Shown here in pieces: positions 49,691 through 59,719 of a stretch of 64,000 bases of DNA. The stretch is from assembly GCF_902728285.1 (NCBI RefSeq), contig NW_027103286.1, positions 3,356,497-3,420,496 on the forward strand, in the 5' to 3' direction. The position numbers and the translations under genes were made by a program. A model generated the notes under the pieces. That model saw nothing but the letters and a program-made list of their open reading frames with translations. It had not been told where the DNA came from and did not search any database. Each line of letters opens with the position of its first letter. Position 1 is the first letter of the stretch. Origin of the DNA: Clytia hemisphaerica. Its lineage: Eukaryota.

Positions 49691-50395
49691 AGCAAAGCCA
49701 AAAAATGGAATTGGCCAAATTACACCGGGCTCACATCAGCGCCATTCAGTTTATCAAAAAGCTATAAGTCCCCGGGCTACGCATTAACATTTCTTTGTTT
49801 TTAGCGGCATATTTTTCGAAACCGGGCGATGGGTTTTACTTTCAATTTGGCGTTTACGTGAAAACCACGCGGGTCACGCATTTTGGACGGGAAATAAGTG
49901 GCTTTGAAATCAATGGTGAAGGCATCCAAGCTCCCGCGGCCTCTTTCTTAATCCCCACGTCCAATGTCTATTGAACATAAAGCATGAGTTTTAATCACTC
50001 TTAGCCCTCGCTTACAGACCAGGTTCCTGATTCAATTGATAATACTATGATAATGTTTATTCAATTTATCCAAGAAAATTAAATAAATCCACTCCACTTT
50101 TTTGATCTTACTGGTATTTACACTAGGTAGTTTGATTGAACAGGTTTTTTTTCGTTTTTTTTTATTGAAGAGTAATCATTTAAATCAGTTTAATCGATCA
50201 AAATCAAGTTAAAATGGTAAAAGATAAAGGCCACTTTGATGTTGAAAATGCAAAATTATGTCCCTTATAACACCGGCTCTCAATCTACTGCGACCAAAAA
50301 ATAACGCTAATATCAGCCAGCGTAAAAAAGGACTGAGAAAGTATCAAAGTTATTGTTGGGGAGTCTTATAATAAGTAGCTTTCATATCCCATAGT

Positions 50396-51729
50396 TCAGG
50401 AGATACCAAGATATTCTCTGAGACATTTCGGTAGATTATCATTCAGAAAGGTGTCACTGAAACTTCTCAAGCAAGCCATTCGTGCGATATGTTTCAAGGA
50501 GATTTTCAAATGATTATATGGTGGAGTTACTTTCGCAAATTGTAGCACACTGTTTGGATTTCGGAATGCTATCTCCTGCATGTGTAAATTGAATGAAAAG
50601 TCACCAATCCATCTCTTGAAATCATGAATTATACTTTGTTCTCCCGATCCAAAATCATACAAATAAATTGACGCGAATCGTTTGTTTCCTCCTGGAGTGA
50701 CTTGAAGGCCAGTGATGAAGTACTGCCCAAAACATTCCACAACTTTGTTGAAAAAGATATGTTTTCCTTGGTAAAGCAAATTGATTATTTTCAATGGGAT
50801 AACCTCATTTTTGCTGTTGACTTGAAAGAATTTTAAGCTTTTTACCCTCGTTTTGATATCGCTCAAGTGCATAAAGAATACAGATTTTGACAAATGGTAC
50901 AACATTTGATCCTCGAAAGTCTCTTTTTCATCATCAATAGTCACTCGTTCAGCCAGAACTTGATTTCCTGAAAAATCGAAACCATATAAGAACGGACCAT
51001 ATAATCATAGTCGTGGATAAAAATTCTCTCCGAACTAATATCTATGGACAGCTGGAGATCTATGTGGGATGTGTCGAATGTACCGGGTTCGAAACTAAGC
51101 TCAGTACAATTACTCAGCACAACACGCTTGAAATGTGATAGCTTTGTCTTGTCCATTAAGACAATATCAGCCACAAAATTAAAACCACCGGTAGAAACAA
51201 GCACCATTAAGGCGTAACCATATTCTTTGGTTTTTCCCTGCCAAAAACATTGGATGCACTGCAAAGCTTTATATGGCTCCAGTTCAATGACACAATCCTC
51301 CGTTTCTTGAAAAGTGGTTGATACAATACTTCCTGGAGGAGCACCTAAAAGGTGTTTCATGCTTCCACTATGTAATATCAAAGGTTGGCTCCCATCTTCC
51401 AAAGTCGAAGGCTTCTCAAACACAAACCAACGATTAAGTGAAGCGTTATAGGGCCAATCACATTCTAAAAAATTAGAATCGTTCCACGTTGGTAATTTAA
51501 TCAAACTCATTTGTAATTTAGCTGTTTCCTCATTGAATGAATAAACAGCGATGACATGATCATCTGTGCTGTCCCATGGCCTGGTATATGAAGTATAATA
51601 TCTTCCAGAGCTGTCAAAGCCACACACAGTTCGGTATACGGGCGGGTCAAGTCCAGTCCACGTTTCTTTTGTCTCTACACATTCGGTGAGATGAGGTGGT
51701 AAGAACACTTGCCGTGGGTAAGCCAACAT
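50396..51729 (-). pseudogene. SOCS-box family copy 1, split into two overlapping ORFs by a frameshift near 50941 and ~13 bp shorter than copies 2 and 3; divergent (~60% aa identity) apart from its first ~25 codons.
   Basis: ORFs 50941..51729 (MLAYPRQVFLPPHLTECVETKE...) and 50396..50944 (...NHLKISLKHIARMACLRSFSDTFLNDNLPKCLREYLGIS) are collinear with the 448-aa copies but in different frames. Confidence 0.55.
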
Positions 51730-51789
51730 TCCTTTTTTGATATTTGAGGATTATCTTAACTCGTTTGCATTTTTATTCCTGAAAAAACA

Positions 51790-52040
51790 AAAACAGATTA
51801 TACGATGGCGAAAGTGTTAAGAACAAGTTAAGAACATTTTAAGGCTTTGGCGACTTTTAAACACCCGATTTCTTAGGAAAACGGACAAAAATACTCAGAA
51901 AATGCTGAAAATAAGAAAATAAGAACATCTTAAGAACATTTTTTGGCTTAAAATCAAAAAAGTTAAAAGCATCAGAACATCCGAAGACTTCAAAAATTTT
52001 GGATGTTCTCATAAAAAGAAGACGTGTATGGACTGGAGCA
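51790..52040. repeat. 'aagaacat' repeat copy (reverse orientation) just upstream of SOCS-box copy 1; the same repeat sits upstream of copy 2 (55215-55500).
   Basis: Reverse-complement match to the 31205-31450 family; 51730-52060 is ~95% identical to 55130-55500. Confidence 0.6.
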
Positions 52041-52079
52041 TAATAGGTCATTCTTCAGTAGCCTAGAAATCTAAGCTAG

Positions 52080-52260
52080 TTTGATTCAGTCACTTGGATA
52101 AATCTGATGGTTAAGTTGTGACTGAATAACTAGTATTCCAAGGCAAACTTAAAATCCGTAAATATAAAAAATCTTTAAAGCGCCGAAAAACGCTATATTG
52201 CCATAAGCCGTGTGTCCTAGCCTTGTGAATACGGGCTTAGTTAACTAGGCTAATTCTTCA
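52080..52260. repeat. Insertion of the 27540-27660 repeat family (inverted) in duplication unit 1; it is absent from the unit-2 paralogous position (~55500).
   Basis: See 27540-27660. The flanking sequence cattcttcagtacccttgacaataaat.atggattgattttttggcc is shared with 55501-55560. Confidence 0.55.
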
Positions 52261-53783
52261 GTACCCTTGACAATAAATAATGGATTGATTTTTTGGCCTA
52301 TTCCACAGAAAAATTAGCCTGTACCACCCCGAATGCCAACAGGCGATTTTGTCTTTTCTGCAAAGAAAAGTTTGGTACAAGTTCCAAAGAATGTATTTAG
52401 AGAATTGAGAGGGGTTACGCAAATGAAGACAGACAAACATTTTCATTGAAAGACTGACATGACAGGCAAGACTTGCAAGGTAGAAAAGTGCGTAAAATAT
52501 CGATGAATTTAAAAATTTCGTAGTCATGATTGATACCACGAGATAGAAAATGATATTAAGAGATTTACAAATTATGATAGGATATACAGTCATTGAAAGC
52601 GGAGAGTCTAACCTAAGATAGAGTGGTCTACCAGTTGTCATCAAACATCATAAAAGATGCGCCCAAGAGATGAAAATTTTCACAATGTCCAGAATTGAAA
52701 ATTAGATTTAAGTCTCAGACACAAAAAATGGCACCTGTTTGTGTAATTTACAGACCAGAATAGCAGGTTTGCAGGTTAAAGTGATTTTTTAAAAACCTTT
52801 TTAACAGTTTTTTTACTCTGCTTAAAGCTTTCAACAATACGTCAATGAATTAATTTTTGCTGGAGAATTTGATCGCTGACACTTGATTGATGTTCGAGGA
52901 ATGATTTTTTATAAATTCTTTTCCCTAACTTTCTCAGATTTTTGATGGACACTACACAATTTTCGCAGTGACTGCCGGGTGTGCCAGAAATAAATTAGCT
53001 TCTTGGATTTGATATTGTAGACAGTAGAAAAGAGATTTTTCAAAGTTTTTTTTCGGAATCAATCAGAAGAAACTTAAAATTTGGTGTATTACTTCTTAAT
53101 TTTACTGCATTAGTTTAAAAGTTATGTTCAAAAACTTAAAATGTCAATTCTAAAAAATCGATTTCATGCATCAGGAAATGTATTTCCATTATGTAAAAAG
53201 CACTTATTTACAAGGTTAGGCATCCCTGTAAATACATTCCATCATCTGTGAATCGAGATGAGCTGCAACAGTTTTGTGCAACTTTTGCAACTTCAAATTT
53301 TGTGAAAGTGAAACTCTCACCTTTCTCAACGATATGATGCACACACAGGAAAACTTTTGGAAATTCTTGGAAAGATGTTGAAAGATTTGTGGGGGTTGAA
53401 GCATTCTGCATCTTGCCCAAGGGGAAAAAACAATAGAGGTAAAGAAAGCAGAGTGTTACAAGGAGTAAGACTTTAAAATGTTTTGGCCTGCAAGTCCTTT
53501 CTCTCATAAATCGATACCCTTGTTTTTAGCCTTTTGACAATTTTTAAAAACTAACATTTTAGGTTTTTGAACATAACTTTTGAACCGATGAAGCAAAATT
53601 AAAAAGTAATACACAAAATTTTAAGTTAGGCTTTCTCTGAACGATTCCGAAACAGTCTTTGAAAAATAATGTTACTGCCTGCAATATCAAGTCAGCGAGG
53701 GTTACTTATTTCTGGCACACTCGGTATATATAAAAAAATTGTCAGAAACTTTGTTTTAAATTTACTCTAAATTTTGCGTCATT

Positions 53784-55130
53784 TCAAGCGAGTCCAAGAT
53801 ATTTACTGAGACATTTCGGTAGATTGTCCTTCAAGAATTCGTCATGAAAACTTTTCAAGCAAGCCATTCGTGCCATATGTTTCAAGGACATGTTTAAATG
53901 ATCAAAAGGAGAATTCACTTTTACGAAGCGTAGATAAGGGCTTGATAAATACATCAAACTTGCTGTTGGGTCAAAAAGCGCTATTTCCGCCATATGCCAA
54001 TTAATTGAAAAACCGTAAATTTCTCTTCTACAATCGTACCGGATCATCAGTTCTCCTGATTTGAAGTCGTACAAACAAACCGAATGAAATGGTTGGGAGC
54101 CTGCTTCTGAAGTGACTTGAAGGCCTTCGACAAAAAATTGATCAAAACATCCAACGACTTTGTGTAAAATAATATCGTTTCGTCCATGACACAAATTAAT
54201 TCTTTTCAATGGGATGACCTCATTTTTATTGTCGACTTGAAAGACCTTTATGCTTTTTGCCTTCGTGTCAACGTTCTCCAAAAAAACATAGAAGATCGAG
54301 TTTGACAAATGATATAAATCATTAAAATTCTGAACACCTTCCCTTTCGGAGATTGTGACTTCATAATCCATAAGGCGATTTCCCTCAAAATCAAAACCAT
54401 ATACCATACCATATTCATAATTATGAAGGTAAATTCTCTTAGAATTCATATCTAGCGATACACCAGAATTATGGAACGCAAACGTTCTAGGTTCGAAATC
54501 CATTTCAGTGCAACTGCTCAACACAACACGTTGGAAATGTGAAAGTCTTTTTTCGCCTATTAAAACGATGTCAGCCACAAAATTGTAACCACCAGGAGAT
54601 ACAAGCACCATCAAGACGTAACCATATTCTTTGGTTTTTTCCTGCCAAACACTATGGATGTAATGAAAAGCTTTATATGGCTCCAGTTCAATGACACAAT
54701 CCTCCGTTTCTTGAAAAGTGGTCGATACAATACTTCCTGGATAAGCATATAAAAGGTGTTTCAAGCTTCCACTGTGTAATATCAAAGGCTGGCTCCCATC
54801 TTCCAAAGTCGAAGGCTTCTCAAACACAAACCAACGATTAAACAAAGGATCATACGGAAAGTCATATTCATTATAGCGCAAGTTCCATGATGGTAATTGA
54901 ATTAAACTCACTTGTAGTTTATCTGTTTCCTCATTGAATGAATAGACGCTTATGATATTGTCACCTGCTTTATCCTCAGCTCCGCAATATACGGTGTAAT
55001 ATTTCCCAGAGCTGTCGAAGCCACTCATACTTATTTGCTGGGGGCGGTCAAGACCAGCCCACATTTCTTTTGTCTCAACACATTCGGTGAGATGAGGTGG
55101 TAAGAACGATTGACGTGGGTAAGCCAACAT
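53784..55130 (-). CDS. Intronless gene (copy 2 of a tandem triplet) for a 448-aa protein with a C-terminal SOCS-box-like motif and an uncharacterised ~400-aa N-terminal domain.
   Basis: Uninterrupted ORF with ATG at 55130. C-terminus ...SPFDHLNMSLKHMARMACLKSFHDEFLKDNLPKCLSKYLGLA resembles the SOCS-box consensus (SLqHLCR..I........LPLP..L..YL). Confidence 0.6.
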   Translation of the reverse strand: MLAYPRQSFLPPHLTECVETKEMWAGLDRPQQISMSGFDSSGKYYTVYCGAEDKAGDNIISVYSFNEETDKLQVSLIQLPSWNLRYNEYDFPYDPLFNRWFVFEKPSTLEDGSQPLILHSGSLKHLLYAYPGSIVSTTFQETEDCVIELEPYKAFHYIHSVWQEKTKEYGYVLMVLVSPGGYNFVADIVLIGEKRLSHFQRVVLSSCTEMDFEPRTFAFHNSGVSLDMNSKRIYLHNYEYGMVYGFDFEGNRLMDYEVTISEREGVQNFNDLYHLSNSIFYVFLENVDTKAKSIKVFQVDNKNEVIPLKRINLCHGRNDIILHKVVGCFDQFFVEGLQVTSEAGSQPFHSVCLYDFKSGELMIRYDCRREIYGFSINWHMAEIALFDPTASLMYLSSPYLRFVKVNSPFDHLNMSLKHMARMACLKSFHDEFLKDNLPKCLSKYLGLA

Positions 55131-55214
55131 TCCTTTTTTGATATTTGAGGATTATCTTAACTCGTTTGCATTTTTATTCCTGAAAAAACAAAAACAGATT
55201 ATACAATGTAAGGT

Positions 55215-55500
55215 GTGATCTACACGTTCTTTTCTATAAAGAACAAACTATATAAGAACATGAAGCTTCAATGGCCAAAGTGTTAAGAACAAGTTAAGAA
55301 CATTTTAAGGCTTAGGCGACTTTTAAACACCCCATTTCTTAGGAAAACGGACAAAAATACTCAGAAAATGGTGAAAATGAGAAAATAAGAACATGTTAAA
55401 AACATTTTTAGGCTTAAAATTAAAAAGGTTAAGAACATCCGAAGGCTTCAAAAATTTTGGATGTTCTCATAAAAAGAAGACGTGTATGGACTGGAGCATA
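55215..55500. repeat. 'aagaacat' repeat copy upstream of SOCS-box copy 2.
   Basis: As for 51790-52040. Confidence 0.6.
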
Positions 55501-55974
55501 ATAGGTCATTCTTCAGTACCCTTGACAATAAATTATGGATTGATTTTTTGGCCTATTCCACAGAAAAATTAGCCTGTACCACCCCGAATACCAACAGGCG
55601 ATTTTGTCTTTTCTGCAAAGAAAAGTTTGGTACAAGTTTCAAAGAATGTATTTAGAGAATTGAGAGGGGTTACGCAAATGAAGACAGACAAACATTTTCA
55701 TTGCCTAAAGACTGACATGACAGGCAAGACTTGCAAGTTAAAAAATTCGTAAAATATCGATAAATTTAAAAATTTCGTAGTCATGATTGATACCACGAGA
55801 TAGAAAATTATATTAAGAGATAAACAAATTATGATAGGATATACAGTCATTGAAAGCGGAGAGTCCTTTTTTATGAATTATAAAATTGTATAAAATGGTT
55901 ATTTTAAAAGTGTATAAATATTATGAAAATAATAAATAATTTTTTGCAAAATCCGAAATTTAAATATAAGATGG

Positions 55975-56340
55975 CATGGAATGAACCCCCCCCCCAGCCC
56001 GCAGGGGGGGGGGGCTATAACCAACATCTTCCTGAAAAGGCTGGGGGCTGGATTTTTTTTAAATTTCAGGGGGTACCTATGAACTCTGGGGGCACCTAAC
56101 TTTTATACAGTAAGGTCTGGGGGCTGGGGAACTATATTTTATATCTTGCTTTTATCTAACTATCATTATTCTTTTTAATTATAAAAATATACAATTTTTT
56201 CATTTCTTGACATATACTCAAGTCATAGAGGGTACCAATCACAGGGGGTACCTACTAACGTCTGTTGTTTGGGGGTACCTAAAATTCAGGGGGTACCTAT
56301 TTTCTTAGGAGTACCTAAACCCCTGGTCCATGCCATGGAT
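55975..56340. mobile_element. MITE with catggcatgg-type termini, C/G homopolymer runs and internal 'gggggtacct' repeats.
   Basis: gatggcatggaatgaaccccccccccagcccgcaggggggggggg ... repeated gggggtacctat/gggggtacctaa ... cccctggtccatgccatgg. Confidence 0.5.
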
Positions 56341-56871
56341 TGGGAATGATAAGATACTTTCATAATAGAATTTGATTGATTCAAATGACCACGTAAAAAA
56401 TATTCTCTCTTTGCAGTGAACTTTCTCAAATTGAATTGATCCCTTTTTATCTGGCTGGGGAGATAAGATAAGTATTAATTTTTATAATGCGTTCTATCAA
56501 ATAACTTGATAAATTCTATCAGAAGTTAAAAGGTCAAAAGCGAGCCATAAAAAATCTTCAACCTAAGATATATAACCTACCAGTTATGCTAAACATTACA
56601 GAAGTTATGCGCAAAAGATGAACATTTTCAAAGTGCTAGAATTGAAAATTAGATTTAATTAAGGACTTATTTACAAGGTTAGGCATCCCTGTAAATACAT
56701 TCCATCATCTGTGAATCGAGATGAGCTGCAACAGTTTTGTGCAACTTTTGCAACTTCAAGTTTAGTGAAAGTGCAACTTTTACCTTTCTCAACGATATGA
56801 TGCACACACCTAGGAAAACTTTCGGAAATTCTTGGAAAGATGTTGAAAGATTTGTGGGGGAGAAGTAGATT

Positions 56872-57290
56872 TATGACAGAGCTGGCACATACAGAAGGTG
56901 AGTGACACTACAGAAAGTGAGTGACACTACAGAAAGTGAGTGACACTACAGAAAGTGAGTGACACTACAGAAAGTGAGTGACACTACAGAAAGTGAGTAC
57001 ACTACAGAATGTGAATGACACCTGTGAACTTATTCTTTAGGTAGTGCTGGAGGTGTTGAATTTGACCCATGTGTTGCAATTTTAGAAACACTCATTGGTC
57101 GAATTCCGGTGTTTTTGGGTGTTTCCGATAGGGAACATGACTTTAATGCTTTTATAGATAACCAGAAAATTATTTACAACTTGAAACTTACTCTGTGATG
57201 ACACTCACTTTCTGTTAGGTGTCATTCACGTTCTGTAGTGTACTCACTTTCTGTATGTGCCAGCTCTGTCATAAATCTACTACCTGGGGG
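56872..57290. mobile_element. Complete MITE with ~30-bp TIRs (gaagtagatttatgacagagctggcacat / atgtgccagctctgtcataaatctactac) and subterminal 20-bp tandem repeats, inserted in duplication unit 3. The paralogous empty site is at ~53400.
   Basis: 56860 gatttgtggggg|a gaagtagatttatgacagagctggcacatacagaaggtgagtgacactacag(x5)... ...ttctgtatgtgccagctctgtcataaatctactac|ctgggggtagaggtattctgcatc. Unit 2 has gatttgtgggggttgaagcattctgcatc uninterrupted. Confidence 0.75.
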
Positions 57291-57717
57291 TAGAGGTATT
57301 CTGCATCTTGTTTATGCCCAAGGGAAAAACAGAAGTAAAAAAAAACAATAGAGATAAAGAAAACATAGAGTGTTACAAGGAAAAAGACTTTGTACTTTAA
57401 AATGTTTTGGCCTGCAAGTCCTTTCTCTCATAAAACGATACCCTTGTTTTTAGCCTTTTGACAATTTTTTAAAATTGACATTTTAGGTTTTTGAACATAA
57501 ATTTTGAACCAATGAAGTAAAATTAAAAAGTAATACACCAAATTTTAAGTTAGGCTTTCCTCTGAATGATTCCGAAACAATCTTTGAAAATCTTTCTGTT
57601 ACTGCCTGCAATATCTAGTCAGCGAGGGTAACTTATTTCTGGCACACTCGGTATATACAAAAAATTGTCAGAAACTATTTTATTTTAAATTTAGTCTAAA
57701 TTTTGTGTCATTTCAAC

Positions 57718-59064
57718 TCAAGCGAGTCCAAGATATTTAATGAGACATTTCGGTAGATTGTTCTTCAAGAATTCGTCATGAAAACTTTTCAAGCAAGCCA
57801 TTCGTGCCATATGTTTCAAGGACATCTTTAAATGATCAAAAGGAGAATTCACTTTTACGAAGCGAAGATAAGGGCTTGATAAATACATCAAACTTGCTGT
57901 TGGGTCAAAAAGCGCTATTTCCGCCATATGCCAATTAATTGAAAAACCGTAAATTTCTCTTCTACAATCGTACCGGATCATCAGTTCTCCTGATTTGAAG
58001 TCGTACAAACAAACCGAATGAAATGGTTGGGAGCCTGCTTCTGAAGTGACTTGAAGGCCTTCGACAAAAAATTGATCAAAACATCCAACGACTTTGTGTA
58101 AAATAATATCGTTTCGTCCATGACACAAATTAATTCTTTTCAATGGGATGACCTTATTTTTATTGTCGACTTGAAAGACCTTTATGCTTTTTGCCTTCGT
58201 GTCAACGTTCTCCAAGAAAATATAGAAGATTGAGTTTGACAAATGATATAAATCATAAAAATTCTGAACACCTTCCCTTTCAGAGATTGTGACTTGATAA
58301 TCCATAAGGCGATTTCCCTCATAATCAAAACCATATAACATACCAAAATCATAATTATGAAGGTAAATTCTCTTAGAATTCATATCTAGAGATACACCAG
58401 CATTACTGAACGCAAACGTTCCGAGTTCGAAATCCATTTCAGTGCAACTGCCCAACACAACACGTTGGAAATGTGAAAGTCTTTTTTCGCCTATTAAAAC
58501 GATGTCTGCCACAAAATTGTAACCACCAGTAGAAACAAGCACCATTAAGACGTAACCATATTCTTTGGTTTTTTCCTGCCAAACACATTGGATGTAATCA
58601 AAAGCTTTATATGATTCCAGTTCAATGACACAATCCTCCGTTTCTTGAAAAGTGGTAGATACAATACTTCCTGGAAGAGCACCTAAAAGGTGTTTCAAGC
58701 TTCCACTGTGTAATATCAAAGGCTGGCTCCCATCTTCCAAAGTCGAAGGCTTCTCAAACACAAACCAACGATTTAACAAAGGATCATACGGCAAGTCATA
58801 TTCATTATAGCGCAAGTCCCATGATGCTAATTGAATTAAACTCACTTGTAGTTTATCTGTTTCCTCATTGAATGAATAGACGCTTATGATATTGTCACCT
58901 GTTTTATCCTCAGCTCCGCAATATACGGTGTAATATTTCCCAGAGCTGTCGAAGCCACGCATACTTATTTGCTGGGGGCGGTCAAGACCAGCCCACATTT
59001 CTTTTGTCTCAACACAATCGGTGAGATGAGGTGGTAAGAACGATTGACGTGGGTAAGCCAACAT
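57718..59064 (-). CDS. Intronless gene (copy 3) for a 448-aa SOCS-box-like protein, ~93% identical to copy 2.
   Basis: ORF with ATG at 59064. C-terminus ...FDHLKMSLKHMARMACLKSFHDEFLKNNLPKCLIKYLGLA. Confidence 0.6.
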   Translation of the reverse strand: MLAYPRQSFLPPHLTDCVETKEMWAGLDRPQQISMRGFDSSGKYYTVYCGAEDKTGDNIISVYSFNEETDKLQVSLIQLASWDLRYNEYDLPYDPLLNRWFVFEKPSTLEDGSQPLILHSGSLKHLLGALPGSIVSTTFQETEDCVIELESYKAFDYIQCVWQEKTKEYGYVLMVLVSTGGYNFVADIVLIGEKRLSHFQRVVLGSCTEMDFELGTFAFSNAGVSLDMNSKRIYLHNYDFGMLYGFDYEGNRLMDYQVTISEREGVQNFYDLYHLSNSIFYIFLENVDTKAKSIKVFQVDNKNKVIPLKRINLCHGRNDIILHKVVGCFDQFFVEGLQVTSEAGSQPFHSVCLYDFKSGELMIRYDCRREIYGFSINWHMAEIALFDPTASLMYLSSPYLRFVKVNSPFDHLKMSLKHMARMACLKSFHDEFLKNNLPKCLIKYLGLA

Positions 59065-59719
59065 TTCTTTTTTGAAAATACTCTGAACTTTATTTCATAT
59101 TTATTATCACTAAAACAGAGAAAAATACAAAATAGACAGTTAACTCTCACTTATTCAAATTAGAGTGGGGAGTCCAATCTGTACCAATTATATACAGAGA
59201 GATTCAAATAATTGAAATTATTTTTTTAAGTAGGGTTTTCACTTGACAGGAACTGAGTATTTGTTCCAATTAAAGAAAGAATCCAATAATTAATATAATT
59301 TCCAATTAGCGAGAGTATCTGTATCTGAACTGTATCCACTGTAACTGAATTTCATATAAAGAAATGCTTCTCTGAGAAATATTAGCTTTATTCAATGCTC
59401 AATTGACCTAATGACTAGTGTCATAGGAAGAAGAAGAGTTGGTATTTTCATTCTAAATCTTGTCATTAAATGTACTGATAAGAACGAATTACTAAAATAC
59501 TAATCATCATTATCATTTTTCTTTTGTTCAACCTCTACAGTTATAAAACAAGCTGAATGCCAAAAGATTTCACAAGAAAATTATTGGATTTTATCGATTT
59601 TTAGTAAAAAGTTAAAAAATGATCTAATTAAACTTTACAAAAGTAAGATGTACGCATAGACTCTCATAATCCCAAATTAAACCATACAAAAGGAGATTCT
59701 TTCTTGTTTTTTTGGGTAT

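Noticed and set aside
50396-51729. Treating SOCS-box copy 1 as an intact gene
   Set aside because: Two ORFs overlap out of frame at 50941-50944 and the span is 13 bp shorter than the 1347-bp copies. It is a pseudogene, or a sequencing frameshift, so it was called pseudogene.
53208-53507. ORFs 53208..53507 and 53216..53404 (-) in the duplicated intergenic block
   Set aside because: The block is conserved in units 2 and 3 (56670-56870), but the ORF is not preserved at the protein level and has no homology. It is more likely conserved non-coding sequence from the recent duplication.
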